64,000 nt of DNA. Origin: an uncultured cyanobacterium (GTDB lineage: Bacteria > Cyanobacteriota > Cyanobacteriia > Cyanobacteriales > CAWUOF01). Below the pieces are notes generated by a model. That model was not told the DNA's origin, ran no database searches, and worked only from the letters and a program-made list of their open reading frames with translations. This document shows positions 43,159 to 53,787 of this stretch, one piece after another (positions within the stretch are counted from its first letter, which is position 1; each line of letters begins with the position of its first letter). The stretch is from contig CAVUSO010000001.1 in NCBI GenBank assembly GCA_963744145.1, positions 7,200,001 to 7,264,000 of the forward strand. The letters are read 5' to 3'. A program made the translations under genes and the position numbers.

Positions 43159-44175
43159 ATGAACTTGCTTCGAGAGGCTAAAGTGATTCGTTCTGCAACT
43201 TTAACAATTCAGCATTCTTTCCCACCGCTTACAGAAGACAACCGTCTCCGGCTGTTTTCAGGTTCAGCAAATCCTGGTCTTGCTCAGGAAGTTGCTCGCT
43301 ATCTAGGGATGGACTTAGGTCCAATGATTTGTAAGCGGTTTGCTGATGGAGAAATCTATATCCAAATTCAGGAATCAATTCGTGGCTGTGATGTTTATCT
43401 GATTCAACCCACTTGTCATCCAGTCAATGATCACCTGATGGAATTACTGATTATGATTGACGCTTGTCGTCGGGCGTCCGCTCGGCAGATTACCGCAGTA
43501 ATTCCCTATTATGGTTATGCAAGAGCAGACCGGAAGACTGCTGGACGTGAATCAATTACCGCTAAGTTAGTCGCTAACCTGATTACTAAATCAGGAGCTA
43601 GTCGGATCTTAGCCATGGATTTACATTCAGCCCAAATCCAAGGGTATTTTGATATTCCCTTTGATCATGTCTACGGTTCTCCCGTGGTCTTAGATTACTT
43701 AACCAGTAAACAATTACCCGATTTAGTAGTCGTTTCTCCAGATGTGGGGGGTGTAGCTAGAGCGAGAGCTTTTGCTAAAAAATTAAATGATGCTCCTTTA
43801 GCAATTATTGATAAGCGCCGACAAGCTCACAATGTGGCTGAAGTAATGAATCTGATTGGTGATGTTAAGGGCAAAACGGCGGTACTGGTAGATGATATGA
43901 TTGATACAGGTGGTACGATTTCCGAAGGAGGTCGATTATTACGTCAAGAAGGCGCTCGTCAAGTTTATGCTTGTGCTACCCATGCGGTTTTTTCTCCTCC
44001 AGCGATCGAACGTCTTTCGAGTGGAATATTTGAAGAAGTGATCGTAACTAATACTATTCCAGTGGTGGAGAGCGATCGCTTTAAACAATTAACTGTTTTG
44101 TCTGTAGCTAATTTACTGGGAGAAACCATCTGGAGAGTTCACGAGGATAGTTCAGTGAGCAGTATGTTTCGTTAA
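43159..44175 (+). CDS. prs: Ribose-phosphate pyrophosphokinase
   Basis: FADGE, PYYGYARADRK, DLHSAQIQG, SPDVGG, VDDMIDTGGT. Confidence 0.97.
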   Translation: MNLLREAKVIRSATLTIQHSFPPLTEDNRLRLFSGSANPGLAQEVARYLGMDLGPMICKRFADGEIYIQIQESIRGCDVYLIQPTCHPVNDHLMELLIMIDACRRASARQITAVIPYYGYARADRKTAGRESITAKLVANLITKSGASRILAMDLHSAQIQGYFDIPFDHVYGSPVVLDYLTSKQLPDLVVVSPDVGGVARARAFAKKLNDAPLAIIDKRRQAHNVAEVMNLIGDVKGKTAVLVDDMIDTGGTISEGGRLLRQEGARQVYACATHAVFSPPAIERLSSGIFEEVIVTNTIPVVESDRFKQLTVLSVANLLGETIWRVHEDSSVSSMFR

Positions 44176-44202
44176 AAAATTTTTAAGTCCAAAAAAGAAA
44201 TT

Positions 44203-44226
44203 CCGTCCAATGTTAAATTTGGACGG
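44203..44226. terminator. Probable bidirectional terminator between convergent genes
   Basis: CCGTCCAA-N8-TTGGACGG hairpin with A/T-rich flanks. Confidence 0.5.
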
Positions 44227-44263
44227 TTTAATTATGAGATTAACATTTATAAAAAATGAGCCG

Positions 44264-44587
44264 TTATTCTACTGATACTGCTTTCACATCGACGGATGCT
44301 TGATCGGTTGTTCCATTGTCATCAAATTTGCTTTCATTGGGGATCGACTTCTCCACCTGACGAGATTTCATCCATTCCAGGAATACCTGAGATAACTCAG
44401 AAATCAGTAAGGTGACAAGAGCGATGTCATCAATCTCCCCAATAATGGGGATAAAATCTGGAGCTAGATCAAAGGGACTCACTAAATAAACCAAAGTGCC
44501 CAGAATCACCCACCAACGATACTGAGGATGACGGATGACTCGACGATACCAGTTGTAAAGAGCTTGCATAGAATTTTTTCCTCTCAT
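44264..44587 (-). CDS. YkvA / DUF1232 family membrane protein
   Basis: YLVSPFDLAPDFIPIIGEIDD. Confidence 0.9.
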   Translation of the reverse strand: MRGKNSMQALYNWYRRVIRHPQYRWWVILGTLVYLVSPFDLAPDFIPIIGEIDDIALVTLLISELSQVFLEWMKSRQVEKSIPNESKFDDNGTTDQASVDVKAVSVE

Positions 44588-44777
44588 TGCTTAGATTGTG
44601 ACAAATTTCTCAATTGATCGTAAGTATGGATATCTCGCCTTAATCTGTCCAGAAAATGCTATTCTTAGTCTTCTGTAATATTTAGATGGTTTGTTTATCT
44701 GTTTAAATGGAGATGATCTATGTGTTGTTGATTGTTTATATACCACAAAAGAGAAAAATGTCAAGAGGAAAGAGTTA

Positions 44778-45512
44778 GTGAATATTACAGAAATTGCGGA
44801 ATTTTGGAAATATTTGTTTGATAAGGGGGGTATAACCATGTGGTTTATCCTAGCCCTATCAATTGTTTCAGTGGCCACAATTGTCGAGCGTTTATGGTTC
44901 TGGGCAACAATTCTCACTAAGGAAAAAATTATTGTCCATCAGGTGCTAGAAGCATCTCGTCGAGATTGGAATGTGGCAACAGAAATTGCCAGACAAGCAA
45001 GTATCCAACCAATTGGACGATTTCTATATTCACCATTACGACTACAAAACCCTGAACCGGAAGTATTTCGGTTAGCGTTAGAGTCCTCAGCCGATGATGA
45101 ATTAGCCAATATGCGCCGAGGGGATAAGATTTTAGAAGCAGTTATTTCTCTAGCACCTTTACTCGGATTGCTTGGTACAGTTTTAGGTTTAATTAAATCA
45201 CTGAGTTCAATTCAATTGAGTGATTTAGGAACATCTTCCACCGCAGGAGTTACTTTAGGGATTAGTGAAGCTTTGATTTGTACTGCTAGTGGATTAGCGG
45301 TGGCTATTACTACCTTAGTATTTTATCGTCTGTTTCAACTTTTTTTGTTTAACGAAGTGAAAATTTTCCGCAAAGCCGGTAGTGATTTAGAATTACTTTA
45401 TCGGCAGTTTTGGTCTGGCCAGAAGAATTTTAATTCTCATGGGATGGGACGACCTAGTGAAACTCAACGTCTACCAGAAGCGAAGGTAGATAGTTCTGAA
45501 GATGCTGAATAA
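44778..45512 (+). CDS. exbB: MotA/TolQ/ExbB proton channel protein
   Basis: APLLGLLGTVLG, GISEALICTASGL; GTG start at 44778 preferred. Confidence 0.88.
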   Translation: MNITEIAEFWKYLFDKGGITMWFILALSIVSVATIVERLWFWATILTKEKIIVHQVLEASRRDWNVATEIARQASIQPIGRFLYSPLRLQNPEPEVFRLALESSADDELANMRRGDKILEAVISLAPLLGLLGTVLGLIKSLSSIQLSDLGTSSTAGVTLGISEALICTASGLAVAITTLVFYRLFQLFLFNEVKIFRKAGSDLELLYRQFWSGQKNFNSHGMGRPSETQRLPEAKVDSSEDAE

Positions 45513-45549
45513 TTAAAAACAGTTTGATGTTGTTGTAGTCAGTGTATTT

Positions 45550-46332
45550 ATGAAAATTCATTTAGATTCCCCAGCCGAAGATATTCGGATTGAAATCATT
45601 CCGTTAATGGATGTGATTTTCTGTATTTTAACCTTTTTTATTTTGGGTGCAGTTGGGTTAACTCGTCAGCAAGCGATTAATATGGATCTACCTAAAGCTA
45701 GCACGAGTAAACCGCAAATGCGAGAGATGTTAGTGGTAAGTCTGTTTCCAGGAGGAAGAACATTTGTTAATCAAGATCCGGTAACCCGTGACCAACTAGA
45801 AGATACCTTGCGGACTTATCATCAAGCTAAACCAGAAGGATTGATGGTTTTATCTGCTTCTAAAGCATCTAGTTATAATGAGGTAGTAGAAATTTTAGAT
45901 TTATTGCGAAAAATTGGGGGCGATCGGGTTGCTTTAGCGACATTACCAGGAGAATCTAATCAGCAACCGAACCCTATTCCCACTTTTCCTGTAAATCCGA
46001 CAGCTCCTGGTGTACCACTACCACCGACTAATATTCCCAATCCTGGAATATCTCCTCTTCCGAACAATATTCCTAATAATTTGCCCAATTCTTCCGGGAT
46101 TCCTAATCCAGCAAATCCATCTGATCAGTTACCGTTACCCACCAATATTCCTAATAATCCTAGCATTTCTAATCCGCTCAATTCCCCAGTTCCTAATCCA
46201 TTACCACCACCAACCAATCCATTACCACAACAACCTATTCCTAATAATACTTCTCCCACTATTCCCACAGCACCTGCTAGTCCGACCACGGTCAATCCTG
46301 GTGCTTCTCCCAATAGTAAGAATCCCCGATAA
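45550..46332 (+). CDS. exbD: ExbD/TolR protein with long Pro/Asn-rich tail
   Basis: IIPLMDVIFCILTFF, DLPKAS. Confidence 0.88.
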   Translation: MKIHLDSPAEDIRIEIIPLMDVIFCILTFFILGAVGLTRQQAINMDLPKASTSKPQMREMLVVSLFPGGRTFVNQDPVTRDQLEDTLRTYHQAKPEGLMVLSASKASSYNEVVEILDLLRKIGGDRVALATLPGESNQQPNPIPTFPVNPTAPGVPLPPTNIPNPGISPLPNNIPNNLPNSSGIPNPANPSDQLPLPTNIPNNPSISNPLNSPVPNPLPPPTNPLPQQPIPNNTSPTIPTAPASPTTVNPGASPNSKNPR

Positions 46333-46356
46333 TCATTGTTGAAATTTGAGATTTTT

Positions 46357-47577
46357 ATGAAAAGACGTACTGCACTGATCTCTGGTTTATCCTTTACCTT
46401 TACGATGCTGTTAGTTGCTTGTAGTGGTAATCAGAATACTAATGTAGCACCGACTAATCCTACGGGAAATAATACTCCTGCTAATGCTATTTCCATTGGA
46501 GTTGCTTTAGCCCAAACTAGCAAAGTAGCTTTACTTGGTCAAGATGGTATTACGGGAGTAAAACTTGCGGAAAAGTATTTTAATGACAAGGGAGGTATTG
46601 ATGGAAATCCCATTAAATTGGTAATTCAAGATACTGGGGGAGATGAAGCTGGAGCGATTAATGCTTTTCAAACTCTTATATCTAAAGATAAAGTAGTAGG
46701 AATTGTTGGTCCAACTCTTTCTCAGCAAGCTTTTAGTGCTGATCCAATTGCGGACAGAGCGAAAGTACCAGTCTTTGGAGCATCGAATACAGCAAAAGGA
46801 ATTCCTGAAATCGGTGAATATATTTCCCGGGTTTCTGCTGGGATTGATGTTGTTGCTCCCTTATCTGTAAAAGCAGCAATAAAAATTAATCCTGCGCTGA
46901 AGAAAGTTGCGGTTTTCTATGCTCAAGATGATGCTTATAGTAAGTCAGAAACAGGTATATTTCAGAAAACAGTTAAGGAACAGAATTTAGATTTAATTAC
47001 TGTCCAAAAGTTTCAAACTCAAGATACTGATTTTCAAACTCAAAGTACAACAGCAATCAATCTCAAACCAGATTTAATTATTATTTCTGGATTAACTGCG
47101 GATGGTGGTAATTTAATTCGACAATTACGAGAATTAGGATATACAGGTTTAATTATTGGTGGGAATGGATTAAATAGTTACAATATATTTCCCGTTTGTC
47201 AAGCTAAGTGTGATGGAGTTTTAGTTGCTCAAGCTTATAGTCCAGAGCATCCGAATGAGATTAATAAGCAATTTCGGACTGCTTATCTAAATCAATACAA
47301 AAAAGAACCACCTCAAATTACCGCTCAAGCTTTTACCGCAGTTCAGGTATTTACTGAATCTTTACAAGCTTTGAATAAGAAGACAAAAATTAATACCATG
47401 TCTTTAGAACAGCTACGTACTGAGCTAAATCAGCAGCGTTTAAGTGGAAAATATGATACTCCTTTAGGAGAGATTGCTTTCACTCCTGGGCGTGATATTA
47501 TTCAAAAAACTTTCTACGTGGCTCGGTTAACCGTGGATAAAGATGGAAATAATGGCAAATTTGAGTATGTGAAATAA
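46357..47577 (+). CDS. Branched-chain amino-acid ABC transporter substrate-binding lipoprotein (LivJ/K-like)
   Basis: Lipobox LLVAC, GGIDGNPIKLVIQD, VGPTLS. Confidence 0.9.
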   Translation: MKRRTALISGLSFTFTMLLVACSGNQNTNVAPTNPTGNNTPANAISIGVALAQTSKVALLGQDGITGVKLAEKYFNDKGGIDGNPIKLVIQDTGGDEAGAINAFQTLISKDKVVGIVGPTLSQQAFSADPIADRAKVPVFGASNTAKGIPEIGEYISRVSAGIDVVAPLSVKAAIKINPALKKVAVFYAQDDAYSKSETGIFQKTVKEQNLDLITVQKFQTQDTDFQTQSTTAINLKPDLIIISGLTADGGNLIRQLRELGYTGLIIGGNGLNSYNIFPVCQAKCDGVLVAQAYSPEHPNEINKQFRTAYLNQYKKEPPQITAQAFTAVQVFTESLQALNKKTKINTMSLEQLRTELNQQRLSGKYDTPLGEIAFTPGRDIIQKTFYVARLTVDKDGNNGKFEYVK

Positions 47578-47608
47578 GTTGTTTATTTTGAATTTACTCT
47601 TGATATTA

Positions 47609-48436
47609 CTAGATACAGAACCAAATACCAAACTTTTGGATTGTGAATTTTGAGCGTTTGACAGTGATACCAGGAACCCAGCAGGGATCACCAAATTGTT
47701 CTATATGCTGTCCTGCTTGGTGAGGTGATTTCCATTCTCGTCCCACCAAAGGTTCCATCTCACCAGTTGCTGAAAAGTTTGTTGATGAGGTATGGGCTAA
47801 TAGTCGTTCTGTCTGGATCACAAATCTATCTTCACTATTGATCAAGACTGCTTGTCCATCAAATAAATCTTTGTTTTTATATGGTGCATCATCAACCAAT
47901 TCGACCATACCCCACCCATAACTACGCTCACCACCCAGGTGTAATCTGCGGATTGCTTGTTTCCAAGCAAGTTGACAGTTATTCTTCTCAAACACATAAC
48001 CAACTAGATAGACTTGTTCACCTGTGTCCAACCTGCGGGGTGAGAGAAATTCTACTTCATGCAGTAACCCCTCAGCAGCAGTTTGCTGGGGATAAAGCAG
48101 AGCTGTACTAACATAGCTGCTCAGAAAACGGTGACGAAAATTGTTATTCCACGACCAATTGATCTGATAGTCTCCATCTTTGTTAATGGCTGGATAAAAG
48201 TAGGTGTATGCTAAGGAATCATGAACTTTTTCTCCAATTTTCTGATAATCTGCTGAATTGATTGCTGGTTTATGTTCTTTCTCACACTCATCGCGTGTCA
48301 ATCTCATGGTGAGTGCGCCCCAAAACATTCGTCCTGTGATATATGGGCGAGTCCGTTGCAAGTTGCCCACTTTGCCACAGCCAATATGGATAGGCGATCG
48401 CAGCTTAAATATAACTCGATAAACCTGCCAGATCAC
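47609..48436 (-). CDS. cmr3: Type III-C RAMP, Cmr3/Cas5-group
   Basis: LRSPIHIG, GRMFWGALT, LHEVEF, LGGERSYGWG G-loop; last gene of the III-C order. Confidence 0.7.
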   Translation of the reverse strand: MIWQVYRVIFKLRSPIHIGCGKVGNLQRTRPYITGRMFWGALTMRLTRDECEKEHKPAINSADYQKIGEKVHDSLAYTYFYPAINKDGDYQINWSWNNNFRHRFLSSYVSTALLYPQQTAAEGLLHEVEFLSPRRLDTGEQVYLVGYVFEKNNCQLAWKQAIRRLHLGGERSYGWGMVELVDDAPYKNKDLFDGQAVLINSEDRFVIQTERLLAHTSSTNFSATGEMEPLVGREWKSPHQAGQHIEQFGDPCWVPGITVKRSKFTIQKFGIWFCI

Positions 48437-48864
48437 TAGGCTTCCTCCTGATCTGGTTGATGATGATTTAATTCTTCGTTTTGCCGCGCTTTTGCTCCAT
48501 AACGAGCGTAGATTAACATTTGTTCGAGCGTTTCTTTTGTAAGTAACAGTCGTTCTAAATTAACTGTTACCTTCTCAGTAATGTAGGAAAGTACATCGTC
48601 AGCCTTATTAATGTCTGGTTTGCCCCAATTAAATCCCAAAGCATTGAGGAGTTCAAACATTTCTTGAGCGATCGCCCTACCATTTTCCTTCTCTTTTGCT
48701 AGCAAGTAAAGAAAACAGGCATAGACACCATTTTCTTGTAATACCCCTAATGTTTTAGTCACACTATTATCTATATCACTAGCCTTTTTGTCGTGAGTCT
48801 TCTTAATAATTTCTTGTGCGTATTTTGCGGCTAGTCGCTCAAGATTAGTAACTACACTACTCAC
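48436..48864 (-). CDS. cmr5: Type III small subunit Cmr5 (Cas11)
   Basis: GTG start overlapping the cmr4 stop; helical protein, LGVLQENGVYACFLYL, YARYGAKA. Confidence 0.75.
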   Translation of the reverse strand: MSSVVTNLERLAAKYAQEIIKKTHDKKASDIDNSVTKTLGVLQENGVYACFLYLLAKEKENGRAIAQEMFELLNALGFNWGKPDINKADDVLSYITEKVTVNLERLLLTKETLEQMLIYARYGAKARQNEELNHHQPDQEEA

Positions 48865-49828
48865 CGTCTTGCTCCTTACCAAAAGTTTCTTTCCAGGGTT
48901 TTCCGACGATCGCCATGCGCCCAAAACCGCGTGTACCCATACCGCCAACTCCTAGCCATTCAATCATGCGAAAGCCAGATTTCACTACATCTAGTGAATT
49001 ATTCCAGGAATCACCTCCTGGTAGTGGATTATTTTGTCCGGTTTTGTTCAGTGTTTTTTTAGGAAAATTCTGACGATAATCATCAAGTACAACTTCTGCG
49101 GTGAGAAATGCAGCACGGGGAATAGCTTCGTAGGTAAACAGAGCCCCTTCTGCTGCTGCACCAGTCTCCGGATCGATCGCTACCGATGTACGCACTTCTA
49201 GATTACTATTCACTACTTGGCTAAAAAGTGCATCTTGTACCAAAACAATTTTATTTCTAATCGCTTGCCAACGTTCTTGATTTTCCCAATTCTGGGGTGC
49301 TATCACGGTTACTGTGTTTTCAATCCGAAGCATTAACCATCCTAAGTTGAGCGGATCTTTACGATCCCAAGTCAACACAACTGAGTCATTACTCCAATTT
49401 AATGATGGATTTATGGTAAAACCTGCATCTTTTAGCCGTTCCATCGTACTGACCCATACAGGTCCTACCATTGAATTTACAGGAAAAAGTAGCAGATGGG
49501 CATCGAATATGTTAACTACACCCGAATAGGTAGTTGAATCATCTTTGTTAGCATTCTGGGACTTTTTGAGATAGCCAAAGGTATAACAGACTGGATTTTG
49601 ATCGGGGTCTTCAATTGTGTCATGGGCTTGTCCTGCTGCTCCTGGTGTTTCATATAATTGAGCTGCGTAGAATCGAGCTGCACCATGCAAGCTAGTTCCA
49701 GGAATTTTAGGAATTTTGGTTCCTGGTTCTCGCACAATACTATTATCTACCCGTCCCAAACGATAGCCTCCAGTGCCAATATGTACCGGGTCAAGCGTCA
49801 TAAACAGATAGCGTTGCCGCTTATACAT
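48857..49828 (-). CDS. cmr4: Type III backbone RAMP Cmr4 (Cas7)
   Basis: DPVHIGTG, VDNSIVRE (catalytic Asp position), IPGTSLHG, GALFTYEAIP, GVGGMGTRGFG. Confidence 0.92.
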   Translation of the reverse strand: MYKRQRYLFMTLDPVHIGTGGYRLGRVDNSIVREPGTKIPKIPGTSLHGAARFYAAQLYETPGAAGQAHDTIEDPDQNPVCYTFGYLKKSQNANKDDSTTYSGVVNIFDAHLLLFPVNSMVGPVWVSTMERLKDAGFTINPSLNWSNDSVVLTWDRKDPLNLGWLMLRIENTVTVIAPQNWENQERWQAIRNKIVLVQDALFSQVVNSNLEVRTSVAIDPETGAAAEGALFTYEAIPRAAFLTAEVVLDDYRQNFPKKTLNKTGQNNPLPGGDSWNNSLDVVKSGFRMIEWLGVGGMGTRGFGRMAIVGKPWKETFGKEQDGE

Positions 49829-49832
49829 TATT

Positions 49833-52604
49833 TTACTGCTCCTTTAAAATTTCAATATGCAGTTCTGCCAAGTCAGCTAATTCACCTCTTACTCCAGCCT
49901 CAATCATCTTCTGACGTTGTTCTGAGGAAATTGATGACCATAAATGGCTCTTAGGCCAATTTGCATTCGCTAGGGTGTCGGTAACAAACTGTTGAAATAT
50001 TTGATCTTGTGTTGACTGATTTCCCTCGTCTTGCCCATACCAAGTTTCGCGGGTTGCTTCAATGGTATAGATGATCTGATGACATTGGGAGGTCTCCAGG
50101 TTTTTCAGAATATTCCAGATTTGGTCTAGACGATCTAAGTCTTCAAGGTAAAATGGGCGAGTGTGACCTGGACGGCGACCATTTTCGTCATAGTAAATAT
50201 CAAAGCGACGGGCGCTGCTATCGAGAAATTCAAAATCGAAGGTGGATGGTGTGAAATAAATGCGATCGCCCTCTTGCAAATCATCAGTATGAACTAACCA
50301 ACAAGGTGTTGTTTCACCAGGTCGCTGACTTTTGATTGCTCTTTTACGTCCACTCACCTTGCTATCATCACCATGAGTTTCTAGAAAAACGTAGGGATAC
50401 CAAACATCATCTGTTGTGCCATCTCCCATTTTGGCGGGAATATGCCAAGTAATAGTATGGTTATCTTGGATCAGATTTAGAGTAATGGTTTCTTCAAATT
50501 GTTGAGTACCATTTGCTAGCTCTTTCTTATTTTTTGGCAATTCTCCTCTAGATATTGACTGTACCTGCCAGTCTTTTTGATGATTAGGCGATTTGTAACT
50601 TAACATCTGCCGCCCAGCATCCAGAGCAGATCGAAGGGGAGTGCGACGATGGAAATACACTATACCTAAGTGTAGAGGGAGACGATTACGAACTTTTCCC
50701 ATCTCTCGTTCATATTTCGTTTGAATTGTTTTGATTACTTCAAGAGATTTGTCCGCTGGGACAAGAGCCATGAAAGTACGTGGTTCAGCCAGAATCTGAA
50801 TAATAGGGCTATACTCTGTTGAATCAAATTGCACGTTGCTGATGGTCAAACTACCGCGCAATTGATTAGGTTTTCCATATCCAGTAGGTTCTTCTATAAA
50901 TACCTGCTGATTAAGCAATTTTTGATCAACAAATGTGACCGCTAATTCACTATTTGAATATTGCTGATACTCTGCACCTAATTGTTTAGCAACATAGCAA
51001 AGATTATCTGTTGTGATTAATTTTTCGTTATAATATAAAATACTAAGCTTGGTTGTTCCGAATACCAAGTCATAATTTCCAAGATCAGCTAACGGCTTGT
51101 CAAAATTATAAAAGTCAATCGTAAAATTGAGGCGACCTTTTACCATTGGTAGTTGTGCATCTACAAATGACTCTTGCCAAAACCTTTGAGTAGTGCGCCA
51201 GACACGCTGTATCCGTGCAAAGGATGGTTCTTTACTAAAGGAATAATTTTTGTTTGTGTTATTGCTAGGATTGCATACAACAATAAGTGTTTTGATCATG
51301 TCACCATTGAGCCAGTCATTCAGATTAAATCTACCGACAACTAACGCGAGATGACCATTTTTATCAGCCACTTCGTCTATCCAGATAGTATTTCTGGAAA
51401 ATGTATTATCGTGATCTTTACTCTGCAAGTCTTTTAACCATGCTTGTGCCCGTTTACCTCGTCGTTTCAGACAAACATGACAAACATTCTGTAAGAACGC
51501 TTCAAGTTTTTGCTCTTTATTATCCTCTCCCCAGCCCTGTGGACGCATACCACAGACTGTGCATATATCAGTCACTTTTCCCTGCCACCAACGCTTTGAA
51601 TAATCTTCAAAAGGTGTAATTGGTGGCAAAGACAGTGCTAGAGCTTTGTGGATGACAATGCCTTTTTCATGAGCTGCTGTAATATGAATTTGAGGTTTTA
51701 ACTCTCCGCTTAACTCACTTCTCCACCCAGTATTTAAGATTAGGTTTTCAAGCAGGTTACGCAATTGGCTACCCTCAATATCATCGCCCTCCAACTCTGG
51801 CATTAAAAAAGCACTACCATTTTCATCTCGGTAGACTTCGTTGCCCAATGGATAGGTTTCTTCTAAAAGTGTATGGACAAGGTTTAACGATGCTTGTAAC
51901 GATGTTTGCCGACCCAGTAAATCACCAATTGTCAGTGAGCGTTCTAAAAAACTTATGCCATCAAAACTAATAGATAGAATTCGCCACTTCAAATCATGTT
52001 CAATAACTTTATTTTCTATAATATATCGAGCAGCGATTGCTTTCCAGAATGCGGCTGTAGCTGCTCCCCATTCCCAAAGTCTGACTTCATTCAGAGGTCG
52101 TCTTGTATCTCCTACAGCATGGTTGAATACTTGTTCTAATTCTTTGAGAAAACTATTACGCTGATTGATATTGTTGACTGCTTTCAGCAGTTCTGATGAT
52201 TTTTCGTTGAGTAAAGTCTCAAACCCAAATACAGACGCAATTAAACAAGTTGGCTTTCCTAGTCCTCGCTCTTGTGGCTGATCTACTTGTGGCTTATCTA
52301 TATGGGCAATATTATGGCAAATGCCTAACAGTTTAATACGCCAGTCTGAAGAATGTTTTGCTTTAGAAGGATCTTTACCTTCTTCTATTAACTGCTTAAG
52401 TGAAGAATTCTCAGTATATGTAAGCGATGTGAGAATGTCTTGTGGTTTAAAGCTATCCAAGACAGATGAAATATCAGCAGGATTAAATTGCGCCCCTAAT
52501 TTTTTCCACTGACCAATACACTTTTGCCAATCATGTAAAAACGCTGCTACTTCTGTTAAGAGCAGATCATCACTTTTATTAGCTAAATCTGTCAAGTCAT
52601 ACAT
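49833..52604 (-). CDS. cas10: Type III-C large subunit Cas10 (Csx11) with degenerate Palm domain
   Basis: N-terminal LHDWQK, GDTRRPLNEV, GNEVYRDENG, CTVC..CHVC, PSFARIQRVW, AEPRTF; no GGDD. Confidence 0.88.
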   Translation of the reverse strand: MYDLTDLANKSDDLLLTEVAAFLHDWQKCIGQWKKLGAQFNPADISSVLDSFKPQDILTSLTYTENSSLKQLIEEGKDPSKAKHSSDWRIKLLGICHNIAHIDKPQVDQPQERGLGKPTCLIASVFGFETLLNEKSSELLKAVNNINQRNSFLKELEQVFNHAVGDTRRPLNEVRLWEWGAATAAFWKAIAARYIIENKVIEHDLKWRILSISFDGISFLERSLTIGDLLGRQTSLQASLNLVHTLLEETYPLGNEVYRDENGSAFLMPELEGDDIEGSQLRNLLENLILNTGWRSELSGELKPQIHITAAHEKGIVIHKALALSLPPITPFEDYSKRWWQGKVTDICTVCGMRPQGWGEDNKEQKLEAFLQNVCHVCLKRRGKRAQAWLKDLQSKDHDNTFSRNTIWIDEVADKNGHLALVVGRFNLNDWLNGDMIKTLIVVCNPSNNTNKNYSFSKEPSFARIQRVWRTTQRFWQESFVDAQLPMVKGRLNFTIDFYNFDKPLADLGNYDLVFGTTKLSILYYNEKLITTDNLCYVAKQLGAEYQQYSNSELAVTFVDQKLLNQQVFIEEPTGYGKPNQLRGSLTISNVQFDSTEYSPIIQILAEPRTFMALVPADKSLEVIKTIQTKYEREMGKVRNRLPLHLGIVYFHRRTPLRSALDAGRQMLSYKSPNHQKDWQVQSISRGELPKNKKELANGTQQFEETITLNLIQDNHTITWHIPAKMGDGTTDDVWYPYVFLETHGDDSKVSGRKRAIKSQRPGETTPCWLVHTDDLQEGDRIYFTPSTFDFEFLDSSARRFDIYYDENGRRPGHTRPFYLEDLDRLDQIWNILKNLETSQCHQIIYTIEATRETWYGQDEGNQSTQDQIFQQFVTDTLANANWPKSHLWSSISSEQRQKMIEAGVRGELADLAELHIEILKEQ

Positions 52605-53787
52605 GGTTTATTTTCGTTCCTTTCGGTTCTCTACACAATCCTTCTCCTATCTGCTTTGCCCGATCGCACAACTCATTCAAGCTAGCAAAAGATACTTTAG
52701 TTATAGATAATGTTGGTGGTGATGGTTCCGGTTCGGGTGCTGATTCTAATGTGACTGTTTGTTTTAATGCTTTACCTTCCCGTTCCCACCATTTTTTGGC
52801 TTTTTCATAACGCTGCTTTTCTTTCTTGCTAGATTTTTTATTTAGATATTCTGCTTCAGACTTAAGATTACCATCAGAATTTTGCAAGTCCGGATGTAGT
52901 TTTCCGGGTGCGATTAGATAGGATGGTAGCTCAGGTTCAGTAGATATTACTTTCGGTTCAGGTGGCTGTAAATCTGGTAGATCTGTTGCGATCGCTAATT
53001 CTCCTATACCATTAACTTCTGCAATCCCAAAACCACTACTTGTTTTTGCTCCAAAGCCATAAACCGTCAACATTTTCTCGACTCCCTCCGCAACCATCTG
53101 TAAGTCTCTAGCAACCTCAGTCAGTTTTACTAAACCAAAGGGAACGTATAACAAGACAAATTCTCCAATTGCATCTACGGGAACACACTCAATCAAAATT
53201 GGATTTTTACCAGTGCCCTTTTTGCGATCGTGCGGGTTGATCACCTCTAATCCAATCTGATCAAAGAACGTTGGATAAAAATAAAGACAACCTTGTTCAA
53301 TTTTTTTATCATCTATTTGAATATCTTTCTTAGTTCCAAAGAGATGCTCAATTCTAATTTGCCTTGCTACAAATTCTTTCTTATAGATGCAATCATTCCT
53401 TATACTTTCATTCAGGTTATCCGACCATTCAGATAACTGTTGTATCATTGCTATACGCAATACCCCTTTCCAGCTCGTTGAGGCAACCATTGGGTTTTGA
53501 AAAATCTTTTCCTTACGAACCGGATGATCAAGTAGGTGAAAGGAGCGATCGTCTTTGCTCAAATAAGGCTTAGACAACTTTAAGGAAAACCGCAGCATAA
53601 AACTAAACGATGGTAAATAGTTAAGATCGGAAAGTTTGGGGAGAAAACCAAACTGGTTCAAATTAATAGCAGAGTCAACTTTCTCATAACGAATTTGCCA
53701 TTCATTCAGATGCTTGGCTTTGTCTTTTGTAGCGATCGCTTGACGCAACCAAGAGTCGTGAGTTGCTGAATAATCGTATTGCATCAT
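52597..53787 (-). CDS. cmr6: Type III-C RAMP Cmr6
   Basis: KPYLSKDD, STSWKGVLR, EVINPHDR, PILIECVP, GFGAKTSSGFG. Confidence 0.85.
   Translation of the reverse strand: MMQYDYSATHDSWLRQAIATKDKAKHLNEWQIRYEKVDSAINLNQFGFLPKLSDLNYLPSFSFMLRFSLKLSKPYLSKDDRSFHLLDHPVRKEKIFQNPMVASTSWKGVLRIAMIQQLSEWSDNLNESIRNDCIYKKEFVARQIRIEHLFGTKKDIQIDDKKIEQGCLYFYPTFFDQIGLEVINPHDRKKGTGKNPILIECVPVDAIGEFVLLYVPFGLVKLTEVARDLQMVAEGVEKMLTVYGFGAKTSSGFGIAEVNGIGELAIATDLPDLQPPEPKVISTEPELPSYLIAPGKLHPDLQNSDGNLKSEAEYLNKKSSKKEKQRYEKAKKWWEREGKALKQTVTLESAPEPEPSPPTLSITKVSFASLNELCDRAKQIGEGLCREPKGTKINHV

Noticed and set aside
49833..52604. Type III-B cOA or SAM-AMP signalling Cas10
   Set aside because: No GGDD motif and no CARF/SAVED/CorA effector nearby; gene order fits III-C
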